From Candidatus Woesearchaeota archaeon (GTDB taxonomy: Archaea; Nanobdellota; Nanobdellia; Woesearchaeales; UBA9642): a stretch of 64,000 nucleotides of DNA. The stretch covers positions 100,368 through 164,367 of the forward strand of contig JBBAAQ010000001.1 of the NCBI GenBank assembly GCA_041658255.1, in the 5' to 3' direction. The notes below the pieces were generated by a model. The model worked only from the letters and a program-made list of their open reading frames with translations. It made no database searches and had not been told where the DNA came from. Below, piece after piece: positions 40,789 through 50,837 of the stretch. The first letter of the stretch is position 1; every line of letters starts with the position of its first letter. The translations under genes and the position numbers were made by a program.

Positions 40789-40859
40789 TGTATATAAAGT
40801 ATAGAATACTCTTATACAGCTTAAAAATTTTTGATTTGCGATAGCAAATTTTTCTTGTA
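40789..40859. repeat. 71-nt direct repeat, copy 2
   Basis: tgtatataaagtatagaatactcttatacagcttaaaaatttttgatttgcgatagcaaatttttcttgta. Confidence 0.8.
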
Positions 40860-40927
40860 TTTTTCTTTTTTTCATCAACTCTTTATCTTTTACGAAACTT
40901 TTTAAACACAGATAAAATCACAATACG

Positions 40928-41701
40928 ATGGGGATTTTTCAACTACTCATCGACTATGTACTCCACTTAGATCGTTATGTGAGTCAACTCATCGAATATT
41001 TTGGCCCGTGGACTTATGTTGTAGTATTCTTGATTATTTTTCTTGAGACAGGTTTAGTATTGACGCCCTTCCTACCGGGTGATTCACTCATTTTTGCACT
41101 CGGCGCATTTGCCGCAATCGGTTCACTCAATATCTGGCTCCTCTTCATCCTCTTATCACTCGCGGCAATACTCGGCGATACCATGAATTATTGGATTGGG
41201 CACTATCTCGGTCGAAAAATTTTGAGAGCAAGACCGCAATTCATGAAAAGATATGAGATTGATATTCGCGGGATAAAAAGAGATTCTCATGTAGTAATAC
41301 GTCTCCGGTATTTTATGAATATACGAAATGTGATTATTCGTAGCATGATTTATAGAATATATAAGCATATTATCAATGCAAAGAATATTTCTATAACGAA
41401 AAAATTCTTTATCAAACACGGTGGAAAGACCATTATCCTTGCGCGATTCATCCCCATTATTCGAACATTTGCCCCGTTCCTTGCGGGCATTGGAAAAATG
41501 GATTACTGGAAATTCTTTATGTATAATGTGGTTGGAGGAATCGTGTGGGTCGGACTATTCTTATGGGTGGGATACTTTTTCGGAAACATTTCTTGGGTTC
41601 AAGAAAATTTTTCAATCGTCATCATTATTATCATGGCGACCTCACTTATCCCTGTCATCACTGCAATCATCACGAACTTGAGGGATAAACGTAAAAAATG
41701 A
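40928..41701 (+). CDS. DedA/SNARE-associated family membrane protein with a ~55-aa basic insertion
   Basis: FLETGLVLTPFLPGDSLIFALGAFA and RFIPIIRTFAPFLAGIGKM are typical DedA motifs; I/R/K-rich segment between them. Confidence 0.7.
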   Translation: MGIFQLLIDYVLHLDRYVSQLIEYFGPWTYVVVFLIIFLETGLVLTPFLPGDSLIFALGAFAAIGSLNIWLLFILLSLAAILGDTMNYWIGHYLGRKILRARPQFMKRYEIDIRGIKRDSHVVIRLRYFMNIRNVIIRSMIYRIYKHIINAKNISITKKFFIKHGGKTIILARFIPIIRTFAPFLAGIGKMDYWKFFMYNVVGGIVWVGLFLWVGYFFGNISWVQENFSIVIIIIMATSLIPVITAIITNLRDKRKK

Positions 41702-42693
41702 AACACACCATATCAATAACTGTTATTTTGCTTTCATTTTTTGTCCTCGCACAAGTATTCGGACTCTTCCTTATTATGAAGGATGCGCAGGTGAATACTG
41801 CGATTGAAGGGAATACGACAATTATTACTGTTGCGCATGATGATACTGCAGTCGGTGCCCGTCCTGATACCACGGGCGCAGAAAGTTTAATCTATGTAGT
41901 CATCGGAGTGATTATCGGGACATTACTCGTATTACTCCTCGCGAGATTTGGAAAAACAGGTCTTTGGAAGATATGGTATTTTATTGCTGTCTGGATTGCA
42001 AGTGCGATTGCCCTTGGTGTACTCATCAAATATAACTTATTTTTTTCATATGGCCTCGCGATTGGACTTGCACTCGCATTGACTATCTGGAAGGTGTTTT
42101 GGCCGAATGTATTTATCCATAATATTACTGAAGTCTTAGTCTATTCAGGAATCGCATTACTCATTGTTCCACTCTTCACAGTGTTGTGGGCGATCATCTT
42201 ATTACTCATTATCTCACTCTATGATATGTATGCAGTCTGGAAATCAAAACACATGATTACCATGGCAAAATTTCAGACAAAATCTAATGTGTTTGCAGGA
42301 CTGATGATTCCTTATAGGAGAAAATCAGAATCAAAAAATACATCTTCATCAAAAATGAGGGATAGTAAAACCACTGCATCTTCATCAGGATTGAAATCCA
42401 TGAAATTGCCGCACCTTGCAAAGAGTGCAAAAGAATCAACTCTACAAATGGCAATCCTCGGTGGTGGAGATATTGCGTTCCCACTTATTTTTACTGGTGC
42501 GGTGTTTGAAGGCATGCTGCGATTAGGACTCACAAAACCTACAGCATTTATGCATTCATCAATCATTATTCTGACAACAACGATTGCACTCGGACTATTA
42601 TTCTTCTATGCAAAGAAAGGAAAATTCTATCCCGCAATGCCATTTGTCAGTGCAGGATGCTTGATCGGATGGGCGATAACGCTGCTGCTGTAA
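41698..42693 (+). CDS. presenilin/signal-peptide-peptidase-like intramembrane aspartyl protease (A22 family)
   Basis: LISLYDMYAVW (YD motif) and LGGGDIAFPLIF (GxGD motif), multiple TM helices; ATGA overlap with the DedA gene. Confidence 0.7.
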   Translation: MKHTISITVILLSFFVLAQVFGLFLIMKDAQVNTAIEGNTTIITVAHDDTAVGARPDTTGAESLIYVVIGVIIGTLLVLLLARFGKTGLWKIWYFIAVWIASAIALGVLIKYNLFFSYGLAIGLALALTIWKVFWPNVFIHNITEVLVYSGIALLIVPLFTVLWAIILLLIISLYDMYAVWKSKHMITMAKFQTKSNVFAGLMIPYRRKSESKNTSSSKMRDSKTTASSSGLKSMKLPHLAKSAKESTLQMAILGGGDIAFPLIFTGAVFEGMLRLGLTKPTAFMHSSIIILTTTIALGLLFFYAKKGKFYPAMPFVSAGCLIGWAITLLL

Positions 42694-42734
42694 AAAGCGG
42701 TAACATTTATTAAGAATGCGTTCTTTTTTATATC

Positions 42735-43355
42735 ATGAGTACAGATAAATTAATTATCAACTATCTTAAAAATAATTGCCTCTACGAAATGAGTAAAGAG
42801 CAACAATTAATCTCGATTGTTAATCTTATTGCAAAAATTCCTTGGGGCGAGGCAAGAACTCCTGAAACAGTTTTGCAGAAGGGAAAAGGGACATGTCAGG
42901 GAAAACATCTTTTATTGCAAGCATGTCTTGATGAATTACGCATTAAATATAAGCCGGTTGTTTGCACGTTCTATTATAGTGAACAAGGATTAAAATTACC
43001 ACCAAATTTGATTAAGATTATTAAAGAGGGCGAATGGATTCATGGACATAACTTCTTAAAAATCCAAAATTTCGAAGGCAAATTTGTCGACATCGATATT
43101 ACGTGGAACAGAGAATTAAAACCGTATGGTTTTCTTTGTTCTCCGGTGAATTGGGACGGTAAGAAACCGATTATTGGAATGAAAAAAATAGTAAAAAGAT
43201 GGGATGGCATTAATGTTGAAAAAATCAAATCCGAAATTATTAATTCTTTAAATCCAGAACTCAAAGAGCGAAGACACCGATTCGTAAAAGAACTGGTGGC
43301 GTGGGTTGAAGGGATTAATAAGGAATTGATTAAATCGTCAAAACTTTCTTCTTAG
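42735..43355 (+). CDS. transglutaminase-like cysteine protease superfamily protein
   Basis: putative Cys-His-Asp core: GKGTCQGKHLLL, HGHNFLKI, FVDIDITWN. Confidence 0.5.
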   Translation: MSTDKLIINYLKNNCLYEMSKEQQLISIVNLIAKIPWGEARTPETVLQKGKGTCQGKHLLLQACLDELRIKYKPVVCTFYYSEQGLKLPPNLIKIIKEGEWIHGHNFLKIQNFEGKFVDIDITWNRELKPYGFLCSPVNWDGKKPIIGMKKIVKRWDGINVEKIKSEIINSLNPELKERRHRFVKELVAWVEGINKELIKSSKLSS

Positions 43356-44799
43356 CTTTCTTCCCCTTCTTCATCAACGACAATCCAATAAAACTTGCAA
43401 GTGATACGACACATGCAGGGAGAAAGGACATTTTTCCGAGGAACGGGTAGGATACAACAAGTACGATAAATCCTGAAAGTATTGACCAGAATGCTCCACG
43501 TTCTGTTGATTTCTTCCAGAAGAATCCTCCGATGACTGTTGGCGCAAGGATGAGTACTCCGCCATTTGCTGCGACTGCAAGTTCAACAAAATTTGGGAAA
43601 ATATACGCAAGTGCAATTCCGCTGATTCCGACGCAGAATGTGATGATGCGTCCGACCTTAAGATAATGTTTTTCTGACGCATGTTTTTTTATGGATCCCA
43701 TGTAGAAGTCTTTGATGAATATTGCACTGATGACCATAATTACTGTGTTGAGTGTTGAAAGGATTGTTGCGATGAGTCCTGCGACTGCAAGACCAATAAG
43801 TCCAGTGGGTAGATAATTTTTTATGACGAGGAGTAATGCGCTGTCTGGATTTATTCCTGGCAGCTGTATTCTTCCGATGAGTCCGATAATTACTGCAAGG
43901 ACGATGAATGGGATGGTGATGAGCGCAGAATAGAGTAATGTACGTTTCACTGTCTTCAAATCTGCACTTGCATAGATGCGTTGCCAGATTTCCATATACA
44001 TTAAAAATACTGGGGCGCCGAAGAGTATGACGAGCCAGAAGAATGACGGGCCAGCAAAATTATAGATGTTAAGATATCCTGCAGGAAGTTTACTCATGAT
44101 TGCGCCGATTCCCCCACTCTTGATGATCATCCAGGGAAGTAGGATTATTGCAAGGGTGATGAACATGACGATGAAATGGACGATGTCCGTATAGAAATCG
44201 CTTTTGATACCTGCGATTGCAGTATAAATCACTACCCCGATGAGTGCGAAGATAAGTGAGATAAAAAGTCCTTGTCCTCCGAACACTTGAAATAATTGTG
44301 ATAGTCCGAGGAGTAATCCTGCAAAGAAGAGGAGGTATGCGACGATGATGACAATGCCGGCGATGACGCGTACACGATTCGAATAGCGCTGCGCAAAAAA
44401 ATCACCCATGGTATGCGCCTTATAGGTATCTCCGAATGTCTTGATCTTTTTTGCAAAGAAATAGACAACCACATATCCTGCAAGGATGACGAATAATCCT
44501 GAAACCGCAAATGATATCCCTGAACTGTACGATGCAGATGCAGTACTCAGGACTGTACTCATCCCAATCATGGTTGAAGCCATGGTAAAGACGAGAAAGA
44601 ATGTCTTGAACTTACGTCCTGCAACGAGATAATTTTCGAGATTAGATTTTGTTCCGATCCAAATCGCAAAGATGAATAATCCGATGAGATATGCAAAGAT
44701 AATAATAAGATCGAGTGGTTGCATCGGAGTATGTTTATAATTATTGGTGTTTATAAAATTTTTTAATTCGAGAGTGTATATATCACTCCCACTGGACAT
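43330..44799 (-). CDS. sodium:solute symporter family transporter
   Basis: 489 aa, ~13 TM helices, SSF-like pattern. Confidence 0.75.
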   Translation of the reverse strand: MSSGSDIYTLELKNFINTNNYKHTPMQPLDLIIIFAYLIGLFIFAIWIGTKSNLENYLVAGRKFKTFFLVFTMASTMIGMSTVLSTASASYSSGISFAVSGLFVILAGYVVVYFFAKKIKTFGDTYKAHTMGDFFAQRYSNRVRVIAGIVIIVAYLLFFAGLLLGLSQLFQVFGGQGLFISLIFALIGVVIYTAIAGIKSDFYTDIVHFIVMFITLAIILLPWMIIKSGGIGAIMSKLPAGYLNIYNFAGPSFFWLVILFGAPVFLMYMEIWQRIYASADLKTVKRTLLYSALITIPFIVLAVIIGLIGRIQLPGINPDSALLLVIKNYLPTGLIGLAVAGLIATILSTLNTVIMVISAIFIKDFYMGSIKKHASEKHYLKVGRIITFCVGISGIALAYIFPNFVELAVAANGGVLILAPTVIGGFFWKKSTERGAFWSILSGFIVLVVSYPFLGKMSFLPACVVSLASFIGLSLMKKGKKAKKKVLTI

Positions 44800-44935
44800 A
44801 CACGCGTAACCTATTTTAATGAGTTCTTTTTTCTCGGATAAATAGATGTCATAAGATGGGTTATCGTATCAAAAAGCCGCAATATTTAAATACTCATAAC
44901 ACGAATATAGCCAAATATCCAATTTTGGTGATAAT

Positions 44936-45436
44936 GTGAAAGGTCTTTCAAAAAAGGAAGTTGAAATTATTGCGCATCTCGAATTTGAGCAAACGTATTT
45001 CTTTACACGAGAGACCATCAAACAATTCTTCGAAACGCCACAGCACATTTCTGACTTCATATTTGGGCTGAGAACAAAAGGTCGGGTTATCAAGATAAAC
45101 CGCGAAAAATATTATCTTATACCAATAAAATCGCGTAGTGGAGGATGGTCAGAACATCCTTTTATTCTTGCAGATGAGATATGTGATGGCAAAGATTATG
45201 TTATCGGCGGATGGGCGGCAGCAAAATATTGGAAACTTACAGAACAAATACCTGCGCAGATAGATGTATATACTACAAAGAGACAAGGCACTTATAATAT
45301 AATGAATATGCGGTTTGTGTTTCACCGGACAACTGTTCGAAAAATACGTAGTGGAGTCAAGAAAGCGATAGAACAACATCCCTTCGCAATTATTTCAAAA
45401 GACGAGGCTAAACAATGGTACAGACAGAGAAAGTAG
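44936..45436 (+). CDS. AbiEi-like antitoxin / transcriptional regulator (putative)
   Basis: 166 aa; overlaps the start of an AbiEii-like NTase gene, as in type IV AbiE TA loci. Confidence 0.5.
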   Translation: MKGLSKKEVEIIAHLEFEQTYFFTRETIKQFFETPQHISDFIFGLRTKGRVIKINREKYYLIPIKSRSGGWSEHPFILADEICDGKDYVIGGWAAAKYWKLTEQIPAQIDVYTTKRQGTYNIMNMRFVFHRTTVRKIRSGVKKAIEQHPFAIISKDEAKQWYRQRK

Positions 45437-45846
45437 ACAAACAATTTATTGCAGACTTAGTCGGAAAAACTTCATTTAACGAGACGCTTCTCGCTAAGGA
45501 TTATTATATCACAAGAATACTCTATCTTTTAAAAGATATAAAGGGAATATATTTCAAAGGCGGAACAGCGCTTCAGAAAATATTTCTCAACCATTCACGA
45601 ATAAGTGAGGACATAGACTTTACACTAAAAAAATCAGTCTCAGAAATTAGGAAGGAGATAACGCAGATAATACATTCATCAAAATTATTTGGGACGAATC
45701 CGTTTAATCCCTTGTATTGCGGCATTTCTGATTTCGGGGTCCGCACTTACCGGACATATTTTTGGATAGTGTGGTCCGTGAGTAAGAAGATATTTACTGT
45801 TTTTCTTCATATTCCGACCAATCGACATGCCACATATAATTGCTAA
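45415..45846 (+). pseudogene. AbiEii-like nucleotidyltransferase toxin, 3'-truncated (only ~90 aa of the NTase N-terminus is intact)
   Basis: YFKGGTALQKIFLNHSRISEDIDF is the AbiEii/DUF1814 signature; the reading frame then degenerates where a minus-strand transposase remnant begins. Confidence 0.55.
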
Positions 45847-46234
45847 TTGGCCACTGATAACGAACATATGTGCGTTGTCTCCTGCGATTAACACAGGGTT
45901 CAGTCAATCCTTCCGTATCAAGAATTTTTTGTATTTGACGTTGAGAAGCAGTAAAACCAGCTCTTTTCAAAACATAATGTAATTTTTCTGCACCATAATC
46001 ATCACGACGTCGAATATCAACAACCCTCTTAACAAACGATTTGTTTAATGGCAAAGGAGGTCTACCGACCTTCTTTACCACATAAGCTAAGATGCCTTTT
46101 CGTTTAAATTTATCAGCCAAATAGTAAACCATTTGTCGACTTACTTTTTGAACACGTGCAATGCTTGTTGCACTCTTATTTGCACGAAACTGTTGAATAG
46201 TCCACTTACGCTTCTTTTCGGTCAATTTTTCCAT
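45685..46234 (-). mobile_element. IS transposase remnant (HTH N-terminus intact, DDE region frameshifted/truncated)
   Basis: 146-aa ORF with an HTH (IARVQKVSRQMVYYLADKF) ending around W-H-V-D-W-S; downstream coding continues in another frame (45685..45894). Confidence 0.5.
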
Positions 46235-46356
46235 AAAGTATCACCGAAAAGAAGAAAAACATCAAAAAGTTAAAAGTGTAAAGTAATTACGTACTTGAAC
46301 AAGACTGCAAGCATATAATAATATTTATAAAGTATCAATTCTAATTATGTTAATAG

Positions 46357-47376
46357 TTGAGTATATTATTGCAAATGAAAAAAAACAAGCTATTATTCGC
46401 TGCGGAACAATTATTGAGTATTAATTTACACGTAAAAAGAACCGATATACTTTTGCTTATTTATGATTCACAAACGAAAAACTTCTTTACCTACATAAAA
46501 AAAATTCTTGCTGAAAAAAAAATAGTGTATTATGAACACGTACTTGACATGTATTCAAGACCTGCAATCATGACTCCCGCAATGGCAAATAAACTAAAAA
46601 TATGTACGATTACAATCTATGGCTGTAAATGGGTTTTTGGCGAACATGAATCGTTTGCGTCACCATTATTACGTTTAGTAAAAAAATATCAGATTACACA
46701 CGTACATATGCCGGGATTAAATGATGCAATTATTAGATCAGGATTATCTGTAGATTACACAAAAGTTGCACAGTTTACCCGTAAGATCCATCAAAAGATG
46801 TTGCATAAAAAAAGCATGGTAATACAGAGTGCTGCAGGAACAAATTTAACCATTTTATTCAACCCCAACTATACGTTTGTTGCTGATGATGGAATCTTTC
46901 ATAAGGGCGGCTTAGGAAATCTTCCAGCAGGAGAAGTATTTACTTGCCCGCAACAGGTTAACGGCGTATTATGTGTTGATGGCGTTATAGGCAATCTTGT
47001 ACACCTCGACCAAAAATCACTACAAGCAACTCCGCTCAAAATAGTTATAAAGAATTCTCGGATCGTCGCTATATCCTCAAAAAATAAGAAACTCGTTACT
47101 GCATTTAAAAAAACGGTGTATAGTTGCAATAATGGAGATCGAGTAGGGGAAGTTGCTATTGGTACAAACATCTACATCCCGCAATTATTGTATGAACCAT
47201 TACACGATGAAAAATTTCCTTCATTTCATATGGCGTTTGGCGATCCAATCAGTACATTAACGAAAGCTACATGGAAAAGCAAGATACACGTCGATTGCAT
47301 TATTCTTAAGCCAACCATCATTCTTGATTTAGAACTAGTTATGGATAATGGAATATTTCAACATACTCATAATTGA
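46357..47376 (+). CDS. aminopeptidase, M29 (AmpS/aminopeptidase T) family
   Basis: NLPAGEVFTCP, GEVAIGTN, DEKFPSFHMAFGDP match conserved M29 blocks. Confidence 0.6.
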   Translation: MSILLQMKKNKLLFAAEQLLSINLHVKRTDILLLIYDSQTKNFFTYIKKILAEKKIVYYEHVLDMYSRPAIMTPAMANKLKICTITIYGCKWVFGEHESFASPLLRLVKKYQITHVHMPGLNDAIIRSGLSVDYTKVAQFTRKIHQKMLHKKSMVIQSAAGTNLTILFNPNYTFVADDGIFHKGGLGNLPAGEVFTCPQQVNGVLCVDGVIGNLVHLDQKSLQATPLKIVIKNSRIVAISSKNKKLVTAFKKTVYSCNNGDRVGEVAIGTNIYIPQLLYEPLHDEKFPSFHMAFGDPISTLTKATWKSKIHVDCIILKPTIILDLELVMDNGIFQHTHN

Positions 47377-48314
47377 ACAATAACATCAGAATTTTTTATA
47401 TACTTACGATATGGAGTACTATTAGTATAAATGCCTTTTTTTGTAGTGAACTGTTTTTTTACATTAAAAGAATCAGTCGTGGTTATACGAATAAATGACG
47501 AGCGGAGTAAAATATCTTTTTCATATGTGTTGAATTCGTCATATAAAAAATCAATATAGCATCCGCATCGAATAATGATTTTTTGTATTTCATAAAGCAA
47601 GTATTTTGTAGTATGTTTACAATAATCCACTTCTAGAAAATTAGGCATGCTCAAGTAAATATGACGACCGGGTTTTTTCTTCAGCAGACGCAATGATTGA
47701 TAAAGGAATAATTTTAATCCTTCAAGGCTATAGGGTGGATCAATAATAACGACGTCAAATGTATTAGTATGCATAGACATGTCTAATCTAAAATCAGCAA
47801 AAACAGTACGAACAGCAGGCATGGCACTGCGTATTTTATTAAGAACGCGTTTATCAATATCAAAAACAGTAATATTATTCATCTTGAATTTATGAAGCCA
47901 GAATGAATTAAAATCAGAATCTCCTAATATTGCAACGGCATTCTTTTGGTCATATTGTTCTTGAGCAATAATTCTCGTTCGTGCAAAAGCTGTCGCCTTT
48001 GTTGCACGAGTTTGATCAATACATTCATTATCAGAAGGTAGATCTTTATAAAAGGATTGTATTGTAACAGAATCGATGACCGCATACGGTTTTTTTGAAT
48101 GAGCAGAATTTTTCGATAACAAATACTTATTGAGTAGTTGTTCTGATTTTTTTGTGATTTGTAAACCGGATTTATTTTTTCGGAGGTAACCTTTTAGCAA
48201 TAGTGTATTTTGTAATTCTTTACTTGTAATACTAGTATTAGAAGTTTTTGCAGAGCAAACTGTATCTAATACATGGATAAGATCACGAATATCGATATAT
48301 GATTGATGCTTCAT
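47367..48314 (-). CDS. class I methyltransferase-fold protein with a DPPY motif and N-terminal wHTH-like region (DUF43/aminopropyltransferase-like?)
   Basis: VVIIDPPYS; AILGDSDFNSF; ATGA-style overlap with the upstream MetRS-like gene. Confidence 0.45.
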   Translation of the reverse strand: MKHQSYIDIRDLIHVLDTVCSAKTSNTSITSKELQNTLLLKGYLRKNKSGLQITKKSEQLLNKYLLSKNSAHSKKPYAVIDSVTIQSFYKDLPSDNECIDQTRATKATAFARTRIIAQEQYDQKNAVAILGDSDFNSFWLHKFKMNNITVFDIDKRVLNKIRSAMPAVRTVFADFRLDMSMHTNTFDVVIIDPPYSLEGLKLFLYQSLRLLKKKPGRHIYLSMPNFLEVDYCKHTTKYLLYEIQKIIIRCGCYIDFLYDEFNTYEKDILLRSSFIRITTTDSFNVKKQFTTKKGIYTNSTPYRKYIKNSDVIVQL

Positions 48315-49618
48315 AGTGTGCTACCTGTCATAAGCATAGTAATACTATTTTTTTGATCAGTAACAAAAGGCGTCAACATGTAATCAAGGGCGTTGAAAAG
48401 AGTTGTTTTATAAGAGTTATCCCAATTATTCGAATGTGCAAGTACCCTGAGTTGTTTTGAAATATTAAAAATTTCGTCGACAGCCTTATCTAATCGATAG
48501 TGATTCATTGCGTTATCGTACTGCACAACATGTGTAACATATTCTTCTTTAGAAAGTTTAACAACAGGTTGGGCGAAATATTTTTTTAACGGAGCAAATT
48601 TATTATGCACAAGTCGTTTGAATGCAACATACTCATCTTCAGTAAATGTTGAATTATTAAAAGGATTTTTTTTGTAAAATAAGTAGAGACGTAAATAATC
48701 TGCTGAGTCTGTTTTTAGTATGCTGTCAAAAGTAGTATTGAATTTAGTCTGAAAATAGCCGTGAAATAATATGTCTTTAGGTAACGGCTGGTCTAATGCC
48801 TCTAATAATCCAGGATAATTAATGAGATGTGGTAGTAATGTCGTTGGACCGCACACATGAATGTTGGTGGTTTTGTCATTGGCAAAGTGCAAATCGGTTG
48901 GTTGAATATATCCGATTAATGCATCAAACCACGAATATAATCGCGATCCGTCACAAAGTATTCCTTGCACATTTGAATTGCGGGTAATACAAAAGTCCTT
49001 TAAACCTTCCCGGATACTATTACGTAACTCGATCTTACGACTTTCAGGAAATACGTGTATGACGTTTAGCGCAGTTATGATTGCATCAGAATATTTAGTA
49101 GTATCAAAAAAGACTGCGGTTTCGGAATGAGTTATAGTTTCAACAGGGTTCTTTTTACGTATTCGTTGACTAATAAATGAACCAGTTAATGGATCATAAT
49201 CCCCGCGATACTCTCCAACATATAAATCGTGGTGTTCTTTTAAGAGCATATACGCATCTTTTACCGCAGCAATATGTTCTGAAGAATATGTTTTAACAGT
49301 GATAGTATTATGAGGTGCTAACACATCAAGTAGTGATTGCATTTTATTTCGATATTCAAAAAGATGCTCTTCCACAGCACCATCGCGCGGGATAGCGCAC
49401 GTATTTTCGTCCAGTCCATAAATATACTTGCACAGATGTTGATTATTTATAAAATATTTCTTGATAATATCGCTCATCACCATTTCATAGATGATCCCAA
49501 TATGTATCGGGCTTCCTGATTCTACAAAATCGGAGAAAATAGCATAATTAGCCATTGACCTTACCTTCAGAATACCAATATTTGATGAGTTCTTCAAGTA
49601 AATGGAAGTATAATTCAC
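48311..49618 (-). CDS. class I aminoacyl-tRNA synthetase-like paralog, MetRS-like catalytic core with a degenerate KMSKS (probable start at Met22, 49555)
   Basis: PIHIGIIYEMV (HIGH-like), LYSWFDALIGYI (MetRS YVWFDALxxY block), LFHGYF; no Zn knuckles or anticodon-binding domain apparent. Confidence 0.5.
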   Translation of the reverse strand: MNYTSIYLKNSSNIGILKVRSMANYAIFSDFVESGSPIHIGIIYEMVMSDIIKKYFINNQHLCKYIYGLDENTCAIPRDGAVEEHLFEYRNKMQSLLDVLAPHNTITVKTYSSEHIAAVKDAYMLLKEHHDLYVGEYRGDYDPLTGSFISQRIRKKNPVETITHSETAVFFDTTKYSDAIITALNVIHVFPESRKIELRNSIREGLKDFCITRNSNVQGILCDGSRLYSWFDALIGYIQPTDLHFANDKTTNIHVCGPTTLLPHLINYPGLLEALDQPLPKDILFHGYFQTKFNTTFDSILKTDSADYLRLYLFYKKNPFNNSTFTEDEYVAFKRLVHNKFAPLKKYFAQPVVKLSKEEYVTHVVQYDNAMNHYRLDKAVDEIFNISKQLRVLAHSNNWDNSYKTTLFNALDYMLTPFVTDQKNSITMLMTGSTL

Positions 49619-50837
49619 AAGAATAAGGTGTTTTACAACGTGAGGGTTCGCTAGCAGGCATATTTAATGCGCGATCTAAGCAACCACCCCCGCAGGCAAC
49701 TTTTATACTACAAGAATTACAATGTAATAATTTATTATACAACGTATGAATATGTGCTATTTTCGATGCAGAAAGTTGTAACTTATTCTTTTTTTGATCA
49801 AACATTCCAACGATAAATGTGCTACTTAATGGATGATTTGCATATGAGCATTCAAAACATTTTGATACGCTTCCATCGGGATTTATAACAAAAAAATCAT
49901 CCTTAAAAATTGGGCAAGTAATAGGAGTCTCTAATAAAAAATGGGTGTAAACAAGATTAAACACAGTCATTCCGCGCGTTTTACCATATTTAATCATTTT
50001 TACAAATGTTTTTGAAAATTCTTTAGGATTGCAGACAAATGAATTATTTTTTCCCCGCCCCGCAGCTAATATCGGTTCTGCATGTAAGAATCGCACACCG
50101 AATTTAGCATAATAATCGATAATTTTTTTGTATTCTTTTAACATCGGTGCAGTCATGGTTATCCTGACTTTAAAGAATGCGTTATTTTTGACAAGATACG
50201 CTGCGGTTTTTTCTACATTGCTAACACTAGATGATCCATTAACAAATGGCCGGTTTTTCGATTGATATAAACCATCCCAACTAAAATTAATGATGAATTT
50301 ATTTGCAATGATAAAATCTGCAAATTTTTGCGAAAAAACCCCGTTGGTTGATATTGAAAAAGAGAACTCTTTATCGCTAAATTGTTTGCAATATTCTACT
50401 ATAGATTTTATTGTAGGATAACATAGAGATGGTTCCCCTCCAAAGAAATTTAGAACATATTTTTTCTTATTTAATGCAATTCTATCTGACAAAATTGCAA
50501 TAATTGTTTCTTTAGTTAATATTGTTTTCTCGCTATTTGCATCAATAAAGCAATATACGCACTTCAAATTACATGCTTTTGTCAGGGTGAATGCAATATA
50601 GGAAGTATCCGCATCAGCTAAATGTGTTAATGGATTTTGGAGCGAATTATGTTTTAATAAATTTTTTAATTCTCCTGCAATATGCTCTTTAGTTTGAGTA
50701 GCGTCAAATTCAACTATCTCTTTAGTAGACCCTAAATATACTAAATACTTATTTCGATATTTAACTAAAGGTAATCCTAGTATCGAATCCATAACCCCCT
50801 CACAATAATAAAAAAGAAATAATAAATTTACGAACAC
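49548..50837 (-). CDS. radical SAM enzyme with a C-terminal SPASM domain (peptide-modifying maturase-like); probable true start ATG at 50792
   Basis: CNLKCVYCF (CxxxCxxC); C-terminal Cys cluster CNSCSIKVACGGGC...C..C; annotated start is GTG. Confidence 0.8.
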   Translation of the reverse strand: MFVNLLFLFYYCEGVMDSILGLPLVKYRNKYLVYLGSTKEIVEFDATQTKEHIAGELKNLLKHNSLQNPLTHLADADTSYIAFTLTKACNLKCVYCFIDANSEKTILTKETIIAILSDRIALNKKKYVLNFFGGEPSLCYPTIKSIVEYCKQFSDKEFSFSISTNGVFSQKFADFIIANKFIINFSWDGLYQSKNRPFVNGSSSVSNVEKTAAYLVKNNAFFKVRITMTAPMLKEYKKIIDYYAKFGVRFLHAEPILAAGRGKNNSFVCNPKEFSKTFVKMIKYGKTRGMTVFNLVYTHFLLETPITCPIFKDDFFVINPDGSVSKCFECSYANHPLSSTFIVGMFDQKKNKLQLSASKIAHIHTLYNKLLHCNSCSIKVACGGGCLDRALNMPASEPSRCKTPYSCELYFHLLEELIKYWYSEGKVNG

